From assembly GCA_002269645.1 (NCBI GenBank), contig NIVC01004646.1, positions 1-39,587 on the forward strand: DNA of 39,587 nucleotides, read 5' to 3'. Shown here in pieces: positions 24,201 to 37,600 of the stretch. Within the stretch, counting starts at the first letter, position 1; every line of letters starts with the position of its first letter. The notes beneath the pieces are model-generated. The model had not been told where the DNA came from. It did not search any database and was given only the letters and a program-made list of their open reading frames with translations. The DNA comes from Macrostomum lignano. Its lineage: Eukaryota. The position numbers and the translations under genes are program-made.

Positions 24201-27021
24201 GTAGAATTCTTGGATGTCTGCGCGGATGGGCGATTCTTAGATTACCTCCACATCCCTGCATCTCCGATTCTGTACTCCTTAAACTGCCTCGCATCATTGC
24301 ATCTCCGAATCCCTGCCTTCTAAACTGTTTCACATTCCTGCATCTCCGAATCCCTGCCTTCTAAGCTGTCTCACATCCCTGCATCTCCGATTATCTACTC
24401 CCTATACTGCCTCACATCCCTGCATCTTCGATTCCCTGCTCCCTAAACTGTCTCACATCCCTGCATCTCCGATTATCTACTCCCTATACTGCCTCACATC
24501 CCTGCATCTTCGATTCCCTGCTCCCTAAACTGTCTCACATCCCTGCATCTCCGATTCCCCGCTCCCTAAACTGTCTCACATCCCTGCATCTCCGATTCCC
24601 CGCTCCCTAAACTGTCTCACATCCCTGCATCTTCGATTTCCTGCTCCCTAAACTGTCTCACATCCCTGCATCTCTGATTATCTACTCCCTAAACTGCCTC
24701 GCATCCCTGCATCTCCGATTCCTACCCCCTATGCCCATAACTTTCCCTATTTCTAGGGAATAAACTTACTCTAAGCACCCCTACTCTTTTTCTTCCTGAA
24801 ATTTACAATGCCACGCAAACTAACTCCCATATGACCATAGCAAAGTACATTTCTTGCAAAGAAATCTTTACAAAAGTTCAAACATTACCCAGCAGGGCAT
24901 TAAACAGCTTGGACTTGAAGATCTTGATGACTCGTTCAATAGATGCGCGTAGTTGAGCATCCTCGGTGGTATTAAGGCGCCTATGGTATTGCTCTAGTAG
25001 CTCTAGGGCTCTGGTTGCATCTGTCAATAAATATGGTTGATCAATATTTATACTATATCAGGTTGAGAGTGCATATATACAATTGGACTTAAAACAATCT
25101 AATAAGATAAAAATATTTTATCTATGCCGAAGCTTATTTAGCTGAGTGAAAGTTTCCAAACTAAAGACTCATTGTAGTTAAATTATGGGCTATGCAAATA
25201 AGATCATTGATGCAAATTACATGACTGAATGAAAGCAACTATGGCTCTTAACAATGTTAGCAATATAGCTTAGAAAAGAAAAATAATAGGATTGCACCAT
25301 AACCAAAACTTCTATATCTATAGAAAAGAATTTATTTCTTTAAATAAAATAAATAAAAACATACTTAAATTAAAATTTCCTAGGCTTTTTTCATTGTATT
25401 TTCATTTTCTTCTAAAGATAAAAACAGGAACCTATCAATAAATTGTTTTTCTTATTCAATAATTCTTGGATGCAAGATATCTATGTTATTTCAAATCTAG
25501 ACTTATCAGATATTATGTCTTCTTTTCTCTATATCCTTTATGCATGTCTATAAATTAATATAGGTTTTCATATTAAAAGAGACCAACCTTTTACCTCTAT
25601 AGCATTTTAATAATATAAATGAAAAGATTGTTGGGCAATTCCCACTGCACTCTTATATTCCTATCCTCATTTCTTAGCAGATAGAACTACCCTTCCTAGC
25701 TCTCTATTTAGTAATTTAGATGTTTTTAGTCATTACTCATTTGTTATAATCAATAATTGCTAATCTTCTAAGATGGAATCTTGATTTTTTAATAGAAACC
25801 TATATTGAATTTTTTGCTTAATCTTCTAGGATAGACTCTTAACATGGCAATTTTGAAACAAAAAACTTGTAGCTATGCAGAATTTTTTGTTGAAGTGTCT
25901 AACTGTAAAAAACATGCAAGTTTATTCATATTGCAACAATAAAGGTCTTTTTGTGATTTTAATAGTAAATGACTTTTGGGAAGCCACTTGCATCCTATTT
26001 TTATGTGTCACAACACAAGTAGAATACAATTTTTTCCAAATAGACCTAATTCATGCTAACTTCTAGTTTTTATTGTTGCATAAGATTTTTACAAAGTCTA
26101 TATAATTGTATAAGTTGGTCAAGGGAATGTCTTAGTTTCTTGTGTTAAATTATTTTGACTTAATTTTTAGTATTTTCAGTATAAATCATGGCTGGAAAAC
26201 CTTGAGTGCTTGTAAATATTGTACCTCCTGCCAATTTGTGGCCATTAGCCGACCTTTATGACCTTAAGATTAGTCACCATAATCTGGTGCTATTATTGTA
26301 TTAACAGTTGATGCTAAGTCAACTTTGCCTGCATTAAATTATTTTGAGCCAAAATTTAAAATAAACAAACAAAAGCAAGTTTCTTAAAGATTTAAAATGA
26401 GGCTTTAGTCTTAAAAAGAGTATTACATGGTGAAGCTTTGTAGTCAACATTATACCAATGACAACATTTTTGACTCCCACCTTAGCAAGTTTCTCTGGCA
26501 TCAACTCTACCTAGAAAAGAGCTTTGGCAACTTTCTGTACTGGCTGACACATTACTAAGCTGTGTAATACTCCTTTTAAGACCTAAGACTTGTTTTAAAT
26601 CTTTGATAAACTTGCTTTTGTTTGTTCATTTCAAATTTTGGGTCAAAATAATTTAACGCGGGAAACTAGGACATTGCCATTGGTCAACAATATGCATGCA
26701 AGTGTGCAAGTTTTTTCAGCATTCACAGAATGTGTCTAGGATGTTGTACAAAAGTTCCACCCTGACTAGGCCTAATCCTATGAATCTCAGATCCTAATTC
26801 TAATCTATTCTAAAAAAAGGCCTAATTTTAACACTTTTTGGAAAAAATATCAAGTTGCTAAAAATTGTGGGGGGGGGCCAGGTACTATTGATGGCCTCCC
26901 TCTACTTTAAAAGTGGGGGGTATGGCCTTCCCTATTATAGATCCAATTTTGGATTCACGTTTTAATAATAAAATGCCTGTAATATTAAAATCAATTACTT
27001 ACCTTCTTTTCGAACAGGCAT
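21281..27021 (-). CDS. dlg1-like: Discs-large (DLG/SAP97)-like protein, L27 + 2 PDZ + basic tail, 407 aa; no PDZ3/SH3/GK
   Basis: Exons 27021-27003, 25020-24889, 24217-24072, 23113-22709, 22173-21837, 21555-21487 and 21396-21281, all GT-AG and in phase (1224 nt). N-terminus MPVRKEDATRALELLEQY...[27 protein letters not shown] matches the SAP97 L27 domain. There are two G(F/L)GFSIAGG PDZ domains. Confidence 0.92.
22240..22575. repeat. 29-30-nt minisatellite in a DLG intron
   Basis: GCAAATGGGATTTCTCCCATTACAGTCAT units. Confidence 0.92.
23636..23937 (-). mobile_element. tRNA-derived SINE with a CORE-like central domain
   Basis: Minus strand has an A box (TAGTCTAGTGG) and a B box (GGTTCGATTC). 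These are followed by GTGTCCCTGAGCAGGACACTTAAC...CAGCTGTAAAATGGG, which resembles the MIR/CORE domain. The 3' end is GGCAGATGTAATCAATCAT. Confidence 0.75.
24245..24725. repeat. 41-nt minisatellite in a DLG intron
   Basis: CATCCCTGCATCTCCGATTCCCTGCTCCCTAAACTGTCTCA units. Confidence 0.93.
26331..26659. repeat. Imperfect ~97-bp inverted repeat (probable decayed MITE) in DLG intron 1
   Basis: Arm 26331-26427 matches the reverse complement of 26563-26659 with scattered mismatches (shared TTAAATTATTTTGA, AACAAACAAAAGCAAGTTT, GAGTATTACA). No TSD was identified. Confidence 0.6.
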
Positions 27022-29094
27022 TCCCTATTCTAATAATAATTTTAGAGGAGTAAATAATCAATTTAGAGACAACTCAACCTAAATAAAGGAGAATATTTCT
27101 ATTGTTTTTTATGACAGTGGCTCAGATATCACAGGCCTAGTCTTTGAACTTAGCTTTTAGTAATGCGGAAAAGACCAGCTTCAAAAAGCAAAAGGAAATG
27201 CATATACTTAAAACGTATTTTAGTGAATTCAGCACAATATTAAATTGAAAATAACTTAAAATTCTTTTTAAAAGAGTTTTTTAACAGTTTAGAAGATAAA
27301 TTTAAATAGAAGTACAAAGCTAAAAGCTGATTTGTTAAAACGAACACCTGCTAACTTAAAAATAGCTTTTTCTGCGAAATCACTTCGCAATTTCAACAAG
27401 AAGACGCTTAGACACCAAACCTCCAGGTACCTTCTATAGTTTACTATTTTATCGGCATATTGTGCATAATAAATATCCGCAAAATGTAGCTATGTCAAAT
27501 TGTGCGCTAACTAATTTATTTATTTTCGTACTGAAATAATCAGCTGGCATTTTCTATATATTTACTTTGCAGTTTTCTGGCACAAAATTTTATTGATTAA
27601 TTTGTATATTGCACTTGGGGGTTTGTCTGATTAGGCTTATTTTCGGATGAAGCTTGTTTATCAATTGATTTGTTTACATGTTAATTATAAATATACACTT
27701 ACAGTCAGTTAGTAGTGGCTTTCTCATTTCTTTTTTGTTTGTGGGCCCTTAGCCATCTAGCTTTTCTTACTTTCACAAGTTTATCCTTTTGCCACTTACC
27801 TTAGCCCACCAATCAACAGGGTCCCAACTGGCCTTTGCAAATCACAACCAGAACCCATTGCATTAAAAGTCCATAAAATACCAATTTACATTACCTGATT
27901 ATCCTAGATTAGAATTTTGGCTACTAATTTAGATCATTGACTCAATCAAATTAAATTAAATTAACCACTACATAAAAGTCTTCTGCCTTAATTGTCACAT
28001 ATCTATTGCTCTGTTTATTCATCTTAAATTTTATCAATATAATAAAAACCTTGAAATTTTCTAGAAAAAGTTTTAAAATTGTTTTTAGACTCATTTCTCA
28101 TTCAATTTTTTTTCAAATACAAGAGTTGAGACAAAATAATACCTATACAGCTATATATGCATTATACATTGGCCTTTATACTAATGAATTGGCTATTCAT
28201 TGATCTCATCTTTATTATATCATAAAAATTCATTAATTATTGTCTATTACCATTTTGGCACTATGGGTCTAAATCCAAATTCATGATGCCAAAGAAATTG
28301 CAGCATTATACTATATAGGAACCATTTGGCATCAAAAACCCTAGTCCTAGGGCTTAATAAATTAATTGTCATTCTCTATGGCATATGTCTAATGTACTAG
28401 AGTCCAGGTCATAGTTTATACTAGGCCTAATAATAATTGCTAGTGAATTGAAATAGTTTCAAAGGACCTAGTCTAATTGGCAATAAAAATTAGGGTTGGG
28501 GTTGTATGCCCTCAAGAATTAAAAATCTTAGTTGGAGATTCTTATAGGTATAGATGTAGAAATTTTTAAATGGGAGATGCAAGTTATTAAGGTACATGTA
28601 TCTACCTAATATTGAATTAGAAATCCAACTTGGCAAATTTAAAGGGGAGGAACATAGGGTATATGGCCTCTCATCAAGTTTTTCGATGCAGAAAAGGATA
28701 TTAATATGCTCCTTAATAACAATTCCAATGAATAAATAACTTAATCTTAAGTTTAAAAAATGTTTAATTGGCAAGATAGACGGTCATGCATAAAATTGTC
28801 AACTATATAGTATAAATTTTTGTTGGCTATTGATACTTTGTTTAAATTTTATTATATCTCTCCTAGCAATTTATGTTCTCTTTGTTATACTTTTGCTTTT
28901 CATACTTTGGCTTTTCAGATAGCAAGTATAAGAAAATTTCTAAATCTACCTGAAGTACAAGTGGCTACTTTAATAACTTTAATAAATAATATGATTTACT
29001 TACAAATGTATAGAAAATTTACTAGTACAAATTTAAGATGCTAGAAACTCCACACTTGTGTTGAAATCTATCCTTTCATGTTAGCCCATACGCC

Positions 29095-31201
29095 ATGATA
29101 GGCGGCCTATTTGTCTACAACCACAAAGGCGAGGTGCTGATCTCTCGTGTCTACCGAGACGACATCGGCCGCAACGCTGTAGACGCATTTCGCGTCAATG
29201 TAATCCACGCCAGACAGCAGGTCCGCTCCCCGGTGAACATGATCGCCAGGACCAGCTTCTTTCACGTGAAGCGGTCCAACATCTGGCTCTGCGCCGTCTC
29301 TAAAAAGAATCTAAATGCCGCGCTGGTGTTTCAATTTCTCTATAAAATGCTGGAAGTTATGGGATCATACTTTGGCAAAATTAATGAGGAAAATATTAAA
29401 AATAATTTTGTGCTCATCTATGAGCTGCTAGACGAGCTGCTTGATTATGGCTATCCGCAGAACACTGACACTGGAGTGCTCAAGACCTTCATCACTCAGC
29501 AGGGCGTCAAGTCGCAGACCAAGGAGGAGACTACTAAGATTACCAATCAGGTGAGATTATCACATATACAGCATCTGAATATTAAATCCTTTGACTGACT
29601 GACTGACTGACTGACTGACTGACTGACTGACTGACTGACTGACTGACTGACTGACTGACTGACTGACTGACTGACTGACTGACTGACTGACTGACTGACT
29701 GACTGACTGACTGACTGACTGACTGACTGACTGACTGACTGACTGACTGACTGACTGACTGACTGACTGACTGACTGACTGACTGACTGACTGACTGACT
29801 GACTGACTGACTGACTGACTGACTGACTGACTGACTGACTGACTGACTGACTGACTGACTGACTGACTGACTGACTGACTGACTGACTGACTGACTGACT
29901 GACTGACTGACTGACTGACTGACTGACTGACTAACTAACTAACTAACTAACTAACTATTCATTTATAACTATAACTATTAATTTGTCCTAATTTCTCCCT
30001 CTCCAAGGTCACGGGCCAGATTGCCTGGCGCCGCGAGGGCATCAAGTACCGCCGCAACGAGCTGTTCCTAGACGTGGTTGAGTCCGTCAACCTGCTGATG
30101 TCGCCCCAAGGCCAGGTGCTGTCCGCCCACGTGTCCGGCCGGGTGCTAATGAAATCCTACCTGTCCGGCATGCCAGAGTGCAAGTTCGGCATCAACGACA
30201 AGGTGATCGTCGAGAGCCGTCGCGCTGCCGACTCATCGTCCGCCGCCGGCGCCACCAAGTCCGGCCACATCGCCATCGACGACTGCCAGTTCCACCAGTG
30301 CGTGAAGCTCAGCAAGTTCGACACGGAGCACGCCATCTCGTTCATCCCGCCTGACGGCGAGTTCGAGCTGATGCGCTACCGAAACACCAAGGACATCAGC
30401 CTGCCGTTCCGGGTCATCCCGCTGGTACGCGAGATCGGCCGCACCAAGATGGAAGTCAAAGTGGTGGTTAAAAGCAATTTCAAACCGTCACTGTTGGCCC
30501 AGAAAGTTGAGGTCAGGATCCCCACCCCGCTAAACACTAGCGGAGTGCAGGTGATCTGCATGAAGGGCAAGGCCAGGTACAAGGCCTCGGACAATGCCAT
30601 CGTGTGGAAGATCAAACGGATGGGCGGTATGAAGGAGTGGCAGCTGAGCGCCGAAATCGATCTGCTCAACGCCACGGACAAGGCTAAGAAGTGGACCCGG
30701 CCGCCCATCTCCATGAACTTTGAGGTTTGTACCAGTCTGCTTGCTTTGCTGCCACTTTTGCTCACCTTGCCGTCACTAATCTTGCTTGGGAGTCTAATTA
30801 GTGACTGTTTATTAGGACTGTTCACTGTGACCTTTGGTGATTATTCCCACTGTGACCCTTGGAGGCGAATATTCCCTGTGACCATTGTTTCTGTCTATTC
30901 ACTGTGACCCTTAGTAGTGACTGTTCACTGTGAGCCTTGGTGTTGACAGTTCACTGGCACCTTTGGTGGTGACTGTTCACACTCTGACCAGTGGCTGTGA
31001 CTGTTCACTGTGACTATTTTCAAATACACTTCAGCATGCTAATTTGTAACAAATCGCTATTCTCAGGTGCCATTCGCTGCGTCGGGTTTCAAAGTGCGCT
31101 ACCTGAAGGTGTTCGAGTCCAAGCTGAACTATTCCGATCACGACGTGATCAAGTGGGTTCGGTACATCGGCAAGAGCGGTCTGTACGAGACCAGGTGCTA
31201 G
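29095..31201 (+). CDS. AP2M1: AP-2 complex subunit mu (435 aa)
   Basis: Exons 29095-29550, 30008-30724 and 31067-31201, all phase 0 and GT-AG. Starts [23 protein letters not shown], contains [19 protein letters not shown] and ends [16 protein letters not shown]. Confidence 0.99.
29593..29956. repeat. (GACT)n (~85 copies) followed by (AACT)6 in AP2M1 intron 1
   Basis: Direct reading; essentially uninterrupted. Confidence 0.99.
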
Positions 31202-32338
31202 GTGAAACGTTTCGATAAATATTAACTTGACACATTGATAAAGATATCGTAGATTCTTAAGACGGAATAATAAAGCAGTGCCAATCTTAATAATTGAAGC
31301 CGAAAAATTACGGCAAATAATATTAATAATGTTGCTTCAATATCTCGATAAATTTTCGTCTCTGACAAGTGGAAACTTGGATTATCGGATTATCGCCGTC
31401 CCTGATTTTCATTGCGCGCATATCATGCTACTTACTTAGTAGCTAAAAAAGTTCAATCAAATAAAATTGGGCTACCTGTTTGCCTATTTTGCCAATTGAT
31501 TAGTTACAATCGTGTCATTGATTTATTGCAATTTTGCTAACCCGATCGATTCCGACAATTATTTATATTTTTGTCTTATTTATTACATCATTTATTTTAT
31601 TGTTTTGTTCTAATTTATTCGCTGGCCATACTACTGTTGTTATTTAAGTAGCACGAAGTGAATCCAGCTATATTTTTTGACAAATTTTCTAACCTAATTA
31701 ATATTGCTCAACGTCCGGGTTTTTGTTATTTATATTTCCAGTATTTATAGTACGCTCGTAATTAATCCAGTTTATTTATCATTCACGAAAAACTTCGCTA
31801 TAGCGGAGGTGCCTTGCAATTTGATTCGCGTTGCCAGTTCCGCCTTGCCAACTTGTGTCACTTGTTTGTTTATAATTTGTGAACGAATTTAGTTTACTAA
31901 GTGAGGATCGGATATATTACGTTGTGCAATAATTTTTGTGATTAATAAATAAATTAATGTTATTTTATTTTTTATTTCACAATATTCTTCCGAATAAGTT
32001 TTGCCGGCGTAAGGTGTATCTCATCTGTCTATATAAAAATTGTCTATGAAATTGTATCTAATCAATTTTATCTTTATACGAAAATTTCAAACATTTAATG
32101 ACTTTTTGTAATTTTTTTCTTCCCGTAATATTATAATATTTGCTCTCTTACTGTGCTACATAACTAAGTTTACAAATAATAGAAGCAATTTAATACACTG
32201 AAATTGATTTGCTCATCTTGCTAGAAATATATCTATATAGGGACTAATTCTAATACTTCTATTTATGATATTTAAAATTGAAAATCTGTTTTCTGTTCTC
32301 TAATTTTTTGTTTTTATTTCTTTAATCACAGGTAAATA

Positions 32339-33321
32339 CGAGGGGTGTCCAAAAAGTAGTGATACTTTTAACCGTAGCTCTCGTTCTATAGCTTCCTGTG
32401 ATTTAAAATTGTATTAACTGATAGCGGCAAATCTCTTCTACAGACTGCTTTTTGAATTTTTAAAATTGATACCAGAGTACAAAAGTTATACCCACGAAAG
32501 TAACAGTACCTGTACCATAGAGTTACACAAATTATAGGCTGAGCTTCACGAGATCCATGCCGAGTAAGCTTCGATGAATTGTTGATTTCGGCTTGTTCAA
32601 CCTGTCAGCAATCTCTCTAATGGTCATTCGGGAGTCCTCGTCAAGAAGATTCAGAATGGAGTCCGCCAGTACATCAGGTCGATGGCCGCCCCATCCGATG
32701 CTGATCTGCCAAGTCAGTCCTTCCCTCGCTGAACTGCTCCATCCATCGATAACTGTCATTTTGCTGACTGCAGAGGATCCGTGCGCAGAGCAAAGTTTTG
32801 CGTAAATTGCTGAGGCACCATGGCCAGCGCCCCAAAGAGTGAAGATAGTACTTTGCTGAGCAACAACTGAGTGCACATTCATGTGTGTTGTCGAATATGG
32901 GCAATGAAATCATGAACGAATCGCAAAATGCAAGCTCCTCTGTTTGCAAGTAAAGTAATGCATTTAACGCTTTATTTTTCTGCGCATGATCCCGTCCATA
33001 GATAAATTTCAGTCAGTCACAGTGAGCATCATTTTGCAATTGGGGTTTGGTATTGCTTACACAAGACATTTATCGATGCCTTCTTAATGAATGAGTGCAG
33101 AAGTCGACTATTATAAATTTCGATATAGTTTGTGTAACTCTATGGTACAGGTACTGTTACTTTCGTGGGTATAACTTTTGTTCTCTGGTATCAATTTTAA
33201 AAATTCAAAAAGCAGTCTGTAGAAGAGATTTGCCGCTATCAGTTAATACAATTTTAAATCACAGGAAGCTATAGAACGAGAGCTACGGTTAAAAGTATCA
33301 CTACTTTTTGGACACCCCTCG
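32339..33321 (-). mobile_element. Internally deleted mariner (Tc1/mariner) element
   Basis: 193-bp TIRs (32339-32531 and 33129-33321) starting CGAGGGGTGTCC, with one mismatch seen. TA TSD on both sides. The internal remnant encodes the transposase N-terminal HTH (SKMTV-YRW-MEQFSEGRTDLADQHRMGRPS; MTIREIADRLNKPKSTIHR). No DDD domain. Confidence 0.93.
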
Positions 33322-34672
33322 TATTTGTTTACTCATTTGTCCGAAATTTAGATTTCCTCCCAAAAGTCAGAAGTCAAAATATCAAAACTTAAGCATCGAT
33401 ACTGTGTAGAAAACATGTTTCCTTTGTAGATAACATTAATTTGGTCTTCAAATAATATACAGGATTTTTGTAAATTAATCGTACATCTCTTTGTAGCCCA
33501 GTAGTCCTAATCTTAGCACACTTACTGTTCATATTTCTATAGAATCATAATAAGACTACGATTCCACATTTATACCAAGCGACGAACCAAGTTACTCCTT
33601 TTTATCGAAGAAGGCCAAAATTCGCTGTAGACACTCCTCAATTTTGTAAATAACTAACACTAAGGACGTAAATTCAGTGGATTGTTTTTCATTTGAAGCT
33701 TATGAGAACTGTAGTGCCATCTAGGTTTTGACGACTATTTACGCCATGTTAGATAAGGACAAGAGCAAAAGTTATAACTTTTAGAACATTAATCGGAATC
33801 GGATTGTTAAAAATTTAATCTCATTATCTCCTATCTATAAAATAATAATCTTAACGTGTAGTGCCAAGTGCATTTTGTTGATCTGCGTCAACTTAATAGC
33901 GTGTGCGCAAATTTAAATCATTAGGTTTCCGCAATATCAAGAGCTGCTCTGGATTCAGATTGCACATGCATATACGTAAAATGCACTGTCACATCACTGA
34001 ACAATGAAACGGCAATCTGGATCTGCTATGTACATTCTATATCATAGAAATATATGATCACTAATTGGACTCATTCAGCGAGCACAGGAACATTCTGGTA
34101 CGCTACTTTTCATGTTCTTAAGGCGATATATAGTCTATTTTAATTTTTCTCGGAGTAATGACGATCAGTGCCAAAAGTCTTCTTTAAAAACGTTTTTAGG
34201 TATGATAAACAAGAAATAAACTAATAAAATATTCATGCCTAGCTTCTCAGTAGTGAAAGCAGTCAAAAAATAAATCTTTAAAAAGTTATAACAATAATTT
34301 AGTTCTTTTAGTTTTACACAATGAATCTTCCTAATCGTAAGTTGAGTCATCGTCTCATCAGGATTAAATACTTTAGTACATTTAGTACATTGCTGTTAAG
34401 TTTTTATAAGCAAAGGGTACAAAAAAAACTTCCTAGTATAACGATATGTTATTTAATTTTATAACTATGCATAGTTGTAATATTTTCTATATTTATGCTT
34501 AAGTCAAATTTGTTTATCACGCGACAGTAATGTTTATACTATTTGTTCATTAATATTGATTTTTAGATTGTTAAATTATTCAATATTGTATTTTCAATAT
34601 CAAAGTTATGACTTTAAATAATAGCTTCTAATTACAACTGCTATCTTAATTTTATTTCCTTAGGTCTAAAAA

Positions 34673-37600
34673 ATGTCACAAAAAGGAGGGCCATTGGATT
34701 CATTATTAGTTTGGGTAAGTATGTTGATTACTTTCTAAGCATTAACCTATGTTAAGACGTGTAGTGTATTTAGTTGTCTATTTATCAAATACCTAATGCA
34801 CATTTTATCTCTTTATTCAGATTGAGTCCTTTCTATCTGATGGTACACAGTTACAGTATGAGGACCTGATGGAGAAGAAATACCTTTTCAATGCACTTCA
34901 ACAGATGTCAGTTTTGATTTATATAATAAATAAATAAAAACATTGAGTTAAATTTGAATATGTCAAATAGAACATTTAAAACATTTTCAGAGACCCGAGA
35001 CCTCTATGGTCAGAGCCAATCGATGAGTGCTTAGACCAGGCCAGTCAGTTACACAATGCTTCAATTTTATATGTGCAGCTGCTCACTTGCTACGCTGTAA
35101 GCCTTGATTGCATATTTAGCAATATCTAAATTATACTACTTTCAGTAGAAAACTTGTGATTTATTTTTATTTAGGAAACTCTCAATCAGACGGTACTCCT
35201 GCCTATGCTGGATCTGAATGCCTACGTAAACTATGAAGAGGACCTTGGTGAGTGATAGAAAAAAACTTTTTAGGCCCAAAATTAGACAATAAATAAAAAT
35301 ATATGGCCATTGTTGCGTTTTAAACAGCCGCCTCGCAGCTGGAGATGCACCGGCTGCTCATGCTGTTTCTTGGAATTGCAATTCAGTGCAAACGCAAAGA
35401 CGAATTCATCGCAGCGATGGAGACACTGCCAGATGAAATTCAGGAAGACATCATGGAGAACTACAGGACTGTGAGCTTGTCCGCTTTCTTCCCAACATCT
35501 TCTTAAGAGGATTCTGGGCTTGCGTAGGCATGCACTCACTGATTAGCAGCTTGTTGCAGCCAGCTTCCAGCAGCAGATTACAGGGATACAGGGACCTCTC
35601 TAGTCTGCGCCCCTGTAGCTGGTGCTCCCTCTGTAGCTGGTGCCCTCTCTGTAGCTGGTGCCCTCTCTGTAGCTGGTGCCCTCTCTGTAGCTGGTGCCCT
35701 CTCTGTAGCTGGTGCTCTCTCTGTAGCTGGTGCCCTCTCTGTAGCTGGTGCCCTCTCTGTAGCTGGTGCCCTCTCTGTAGCTGGTGCCCTCTCTGTAGCT
35801 GGTGCTCTCTCTGTAGCTGGTGCCCTCTCTGTAGCTGGTGCCCTCTCTGTAGCTGGTGCCCTCTCTGTAGCTGGTGCTCTCTCTGTAGCTGGTGCCCTCT
35901 CTGTAGCTGGTGCCCTCTCTGTAGCTGGTGCTCTCTCTGTAGCTGGTGCCCTCTCTGTAGCTGGTGCTCTCTCTGTAGCTGGTGCTCTCTCTGTAGCTGG
36001 TGCCCTCTCTGTAGCTGGTGCCCTCTCTGTAGCTGGTGCCCTCTCTGTAGCTGGTGCCCTCTCTGTAGCTGGTGCCCTCTCTGTAGCTGGTGCCCTCTCT
36101 GTAGCTGGTGCCCTCTCTGTAGCTGGTGCCCTCTCTGTAGCTGATGCCCTCTCTGTAGCTGGTGCCCTCTGTTCCACACTTTCACAGTTGTATTCGTAAA
36201 TGCGCTCACTTACTATGAAATTGTATCCTTACTAACAGCTGGCTCAGCATCTGGTCCGTCTGGACGCGGCCGAAGCCAGAACTGGCGGCGCCGGCCTGCG
36301 CAAGTGCTGCAACGACCGGTTGGACTGCTTTAAGGTGACCACTAGCCAGTTGTGCAGCAATTTCTTTTAATTTGGTGCCATTTTCGGGGCTCTGTGATCA
36401 ATAAATGCCATTTCATCGCAACCTTAAAATTTTTAAGCCAAATTGCTGATTTTACCGCCTTGTGGTGAATCTTCGCCTTTAGAGCTGAGTCCTCGCATTT
36501 AGAGCTGAATCCTCGCCTTTAGAGCTGAGTCCTCGCCTTTAGAGCTGAATTCTCGCCTTTAGAGCTGAGTCCTCGCCTTTAGAGCTGAATCCTCGCCTTT
36601 AGAGCTGAGTCCTCGCCTTTAGAGCTGAATCCTCGCCTTTAGAGCTGCTGAATATTCGTCTTTAGTATGTCCTCGTCTTCAGAACACTGCATCCTCGTCT
36701 TCAGAACACTGCATCCTCGTCTTCAGAACACTGCATCCTTGTCTTCAGAACACTGCATCATCGTCTTCAGAACACTGCATCATCGTCTTCAGAACACTGC
36801 ATCCTTGTCTTCAGAACACTGCATCCTTGTCTTCAGGACACTGCATCCTTGTTTTCAGAACACTGCATCCTTGTCTTCAGAACACTGCATCCTTGTCTTC
36901 AGAACACTGCATCCTTGTCTTCAGCACACTGCATCCTTGTTTTCAGAACACTGCATCCTTGTCTTCAGAACACTGCATCCTTGTCTTCAGGACACTGCAT
37001 CCTTGTTTTCAGAACACTGCATCCTTGTCTTCAGAACACTGCATCCTTGTCTTCAGAACACTGCATCCTTGTCTTCAGAACACTGCATCCTTGTCTTCAG
37101 AACACTGCATCCTTGTCTTCAGAACACTGCATTCTCATACTTAAATCTCTATCAGAGCCAAATCCATCATTGTCAAGCAGTGCAGTCAGCGCCTCACACG
37201 TAGGTCACCACAATATGTTCAAACAACAGAAGTACAGCGAGGCAGTGGAGGAGAAGTGCTACCTGGAGACGGTGGTGCTGCACTCGCAAGCTGCTGAGGA
37301 GTCCAAGCCGGGTTCTTCGCCAACGCCACCCTCGTCGCAGCAGTCGAATCCGGCCGACGTTGCCGCTCTGGACTCCGCCAATCAGCGCGCCGCCCAGCTG
37401 GCCGCCCAGCTGGAGGCAAAGACGGCCGAGGCGGCCAAACTGAACGAGAAGCTGCGCCGACAGAAGGACAAAGTGCAGCGTCTGAAAGCCACTGCAGCCA
37501 AAGTAAGCCCCAGTTTGGTGCAATTTTTATTCCTAATAATGGGCTTTATTGACCTTTAATAACCTTAGAGTCAAAAGTTGACCTTCAGAGTCACAAGATA

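Noticed and set aside
35451-37203. QRGHQL, ATERAP, CSWCPL and SEHCIL repeat 'proteins'
   Set aside because: Intronic 18-nt and 22-nt minisatellites lying between in-phase CCDC88-like exons.
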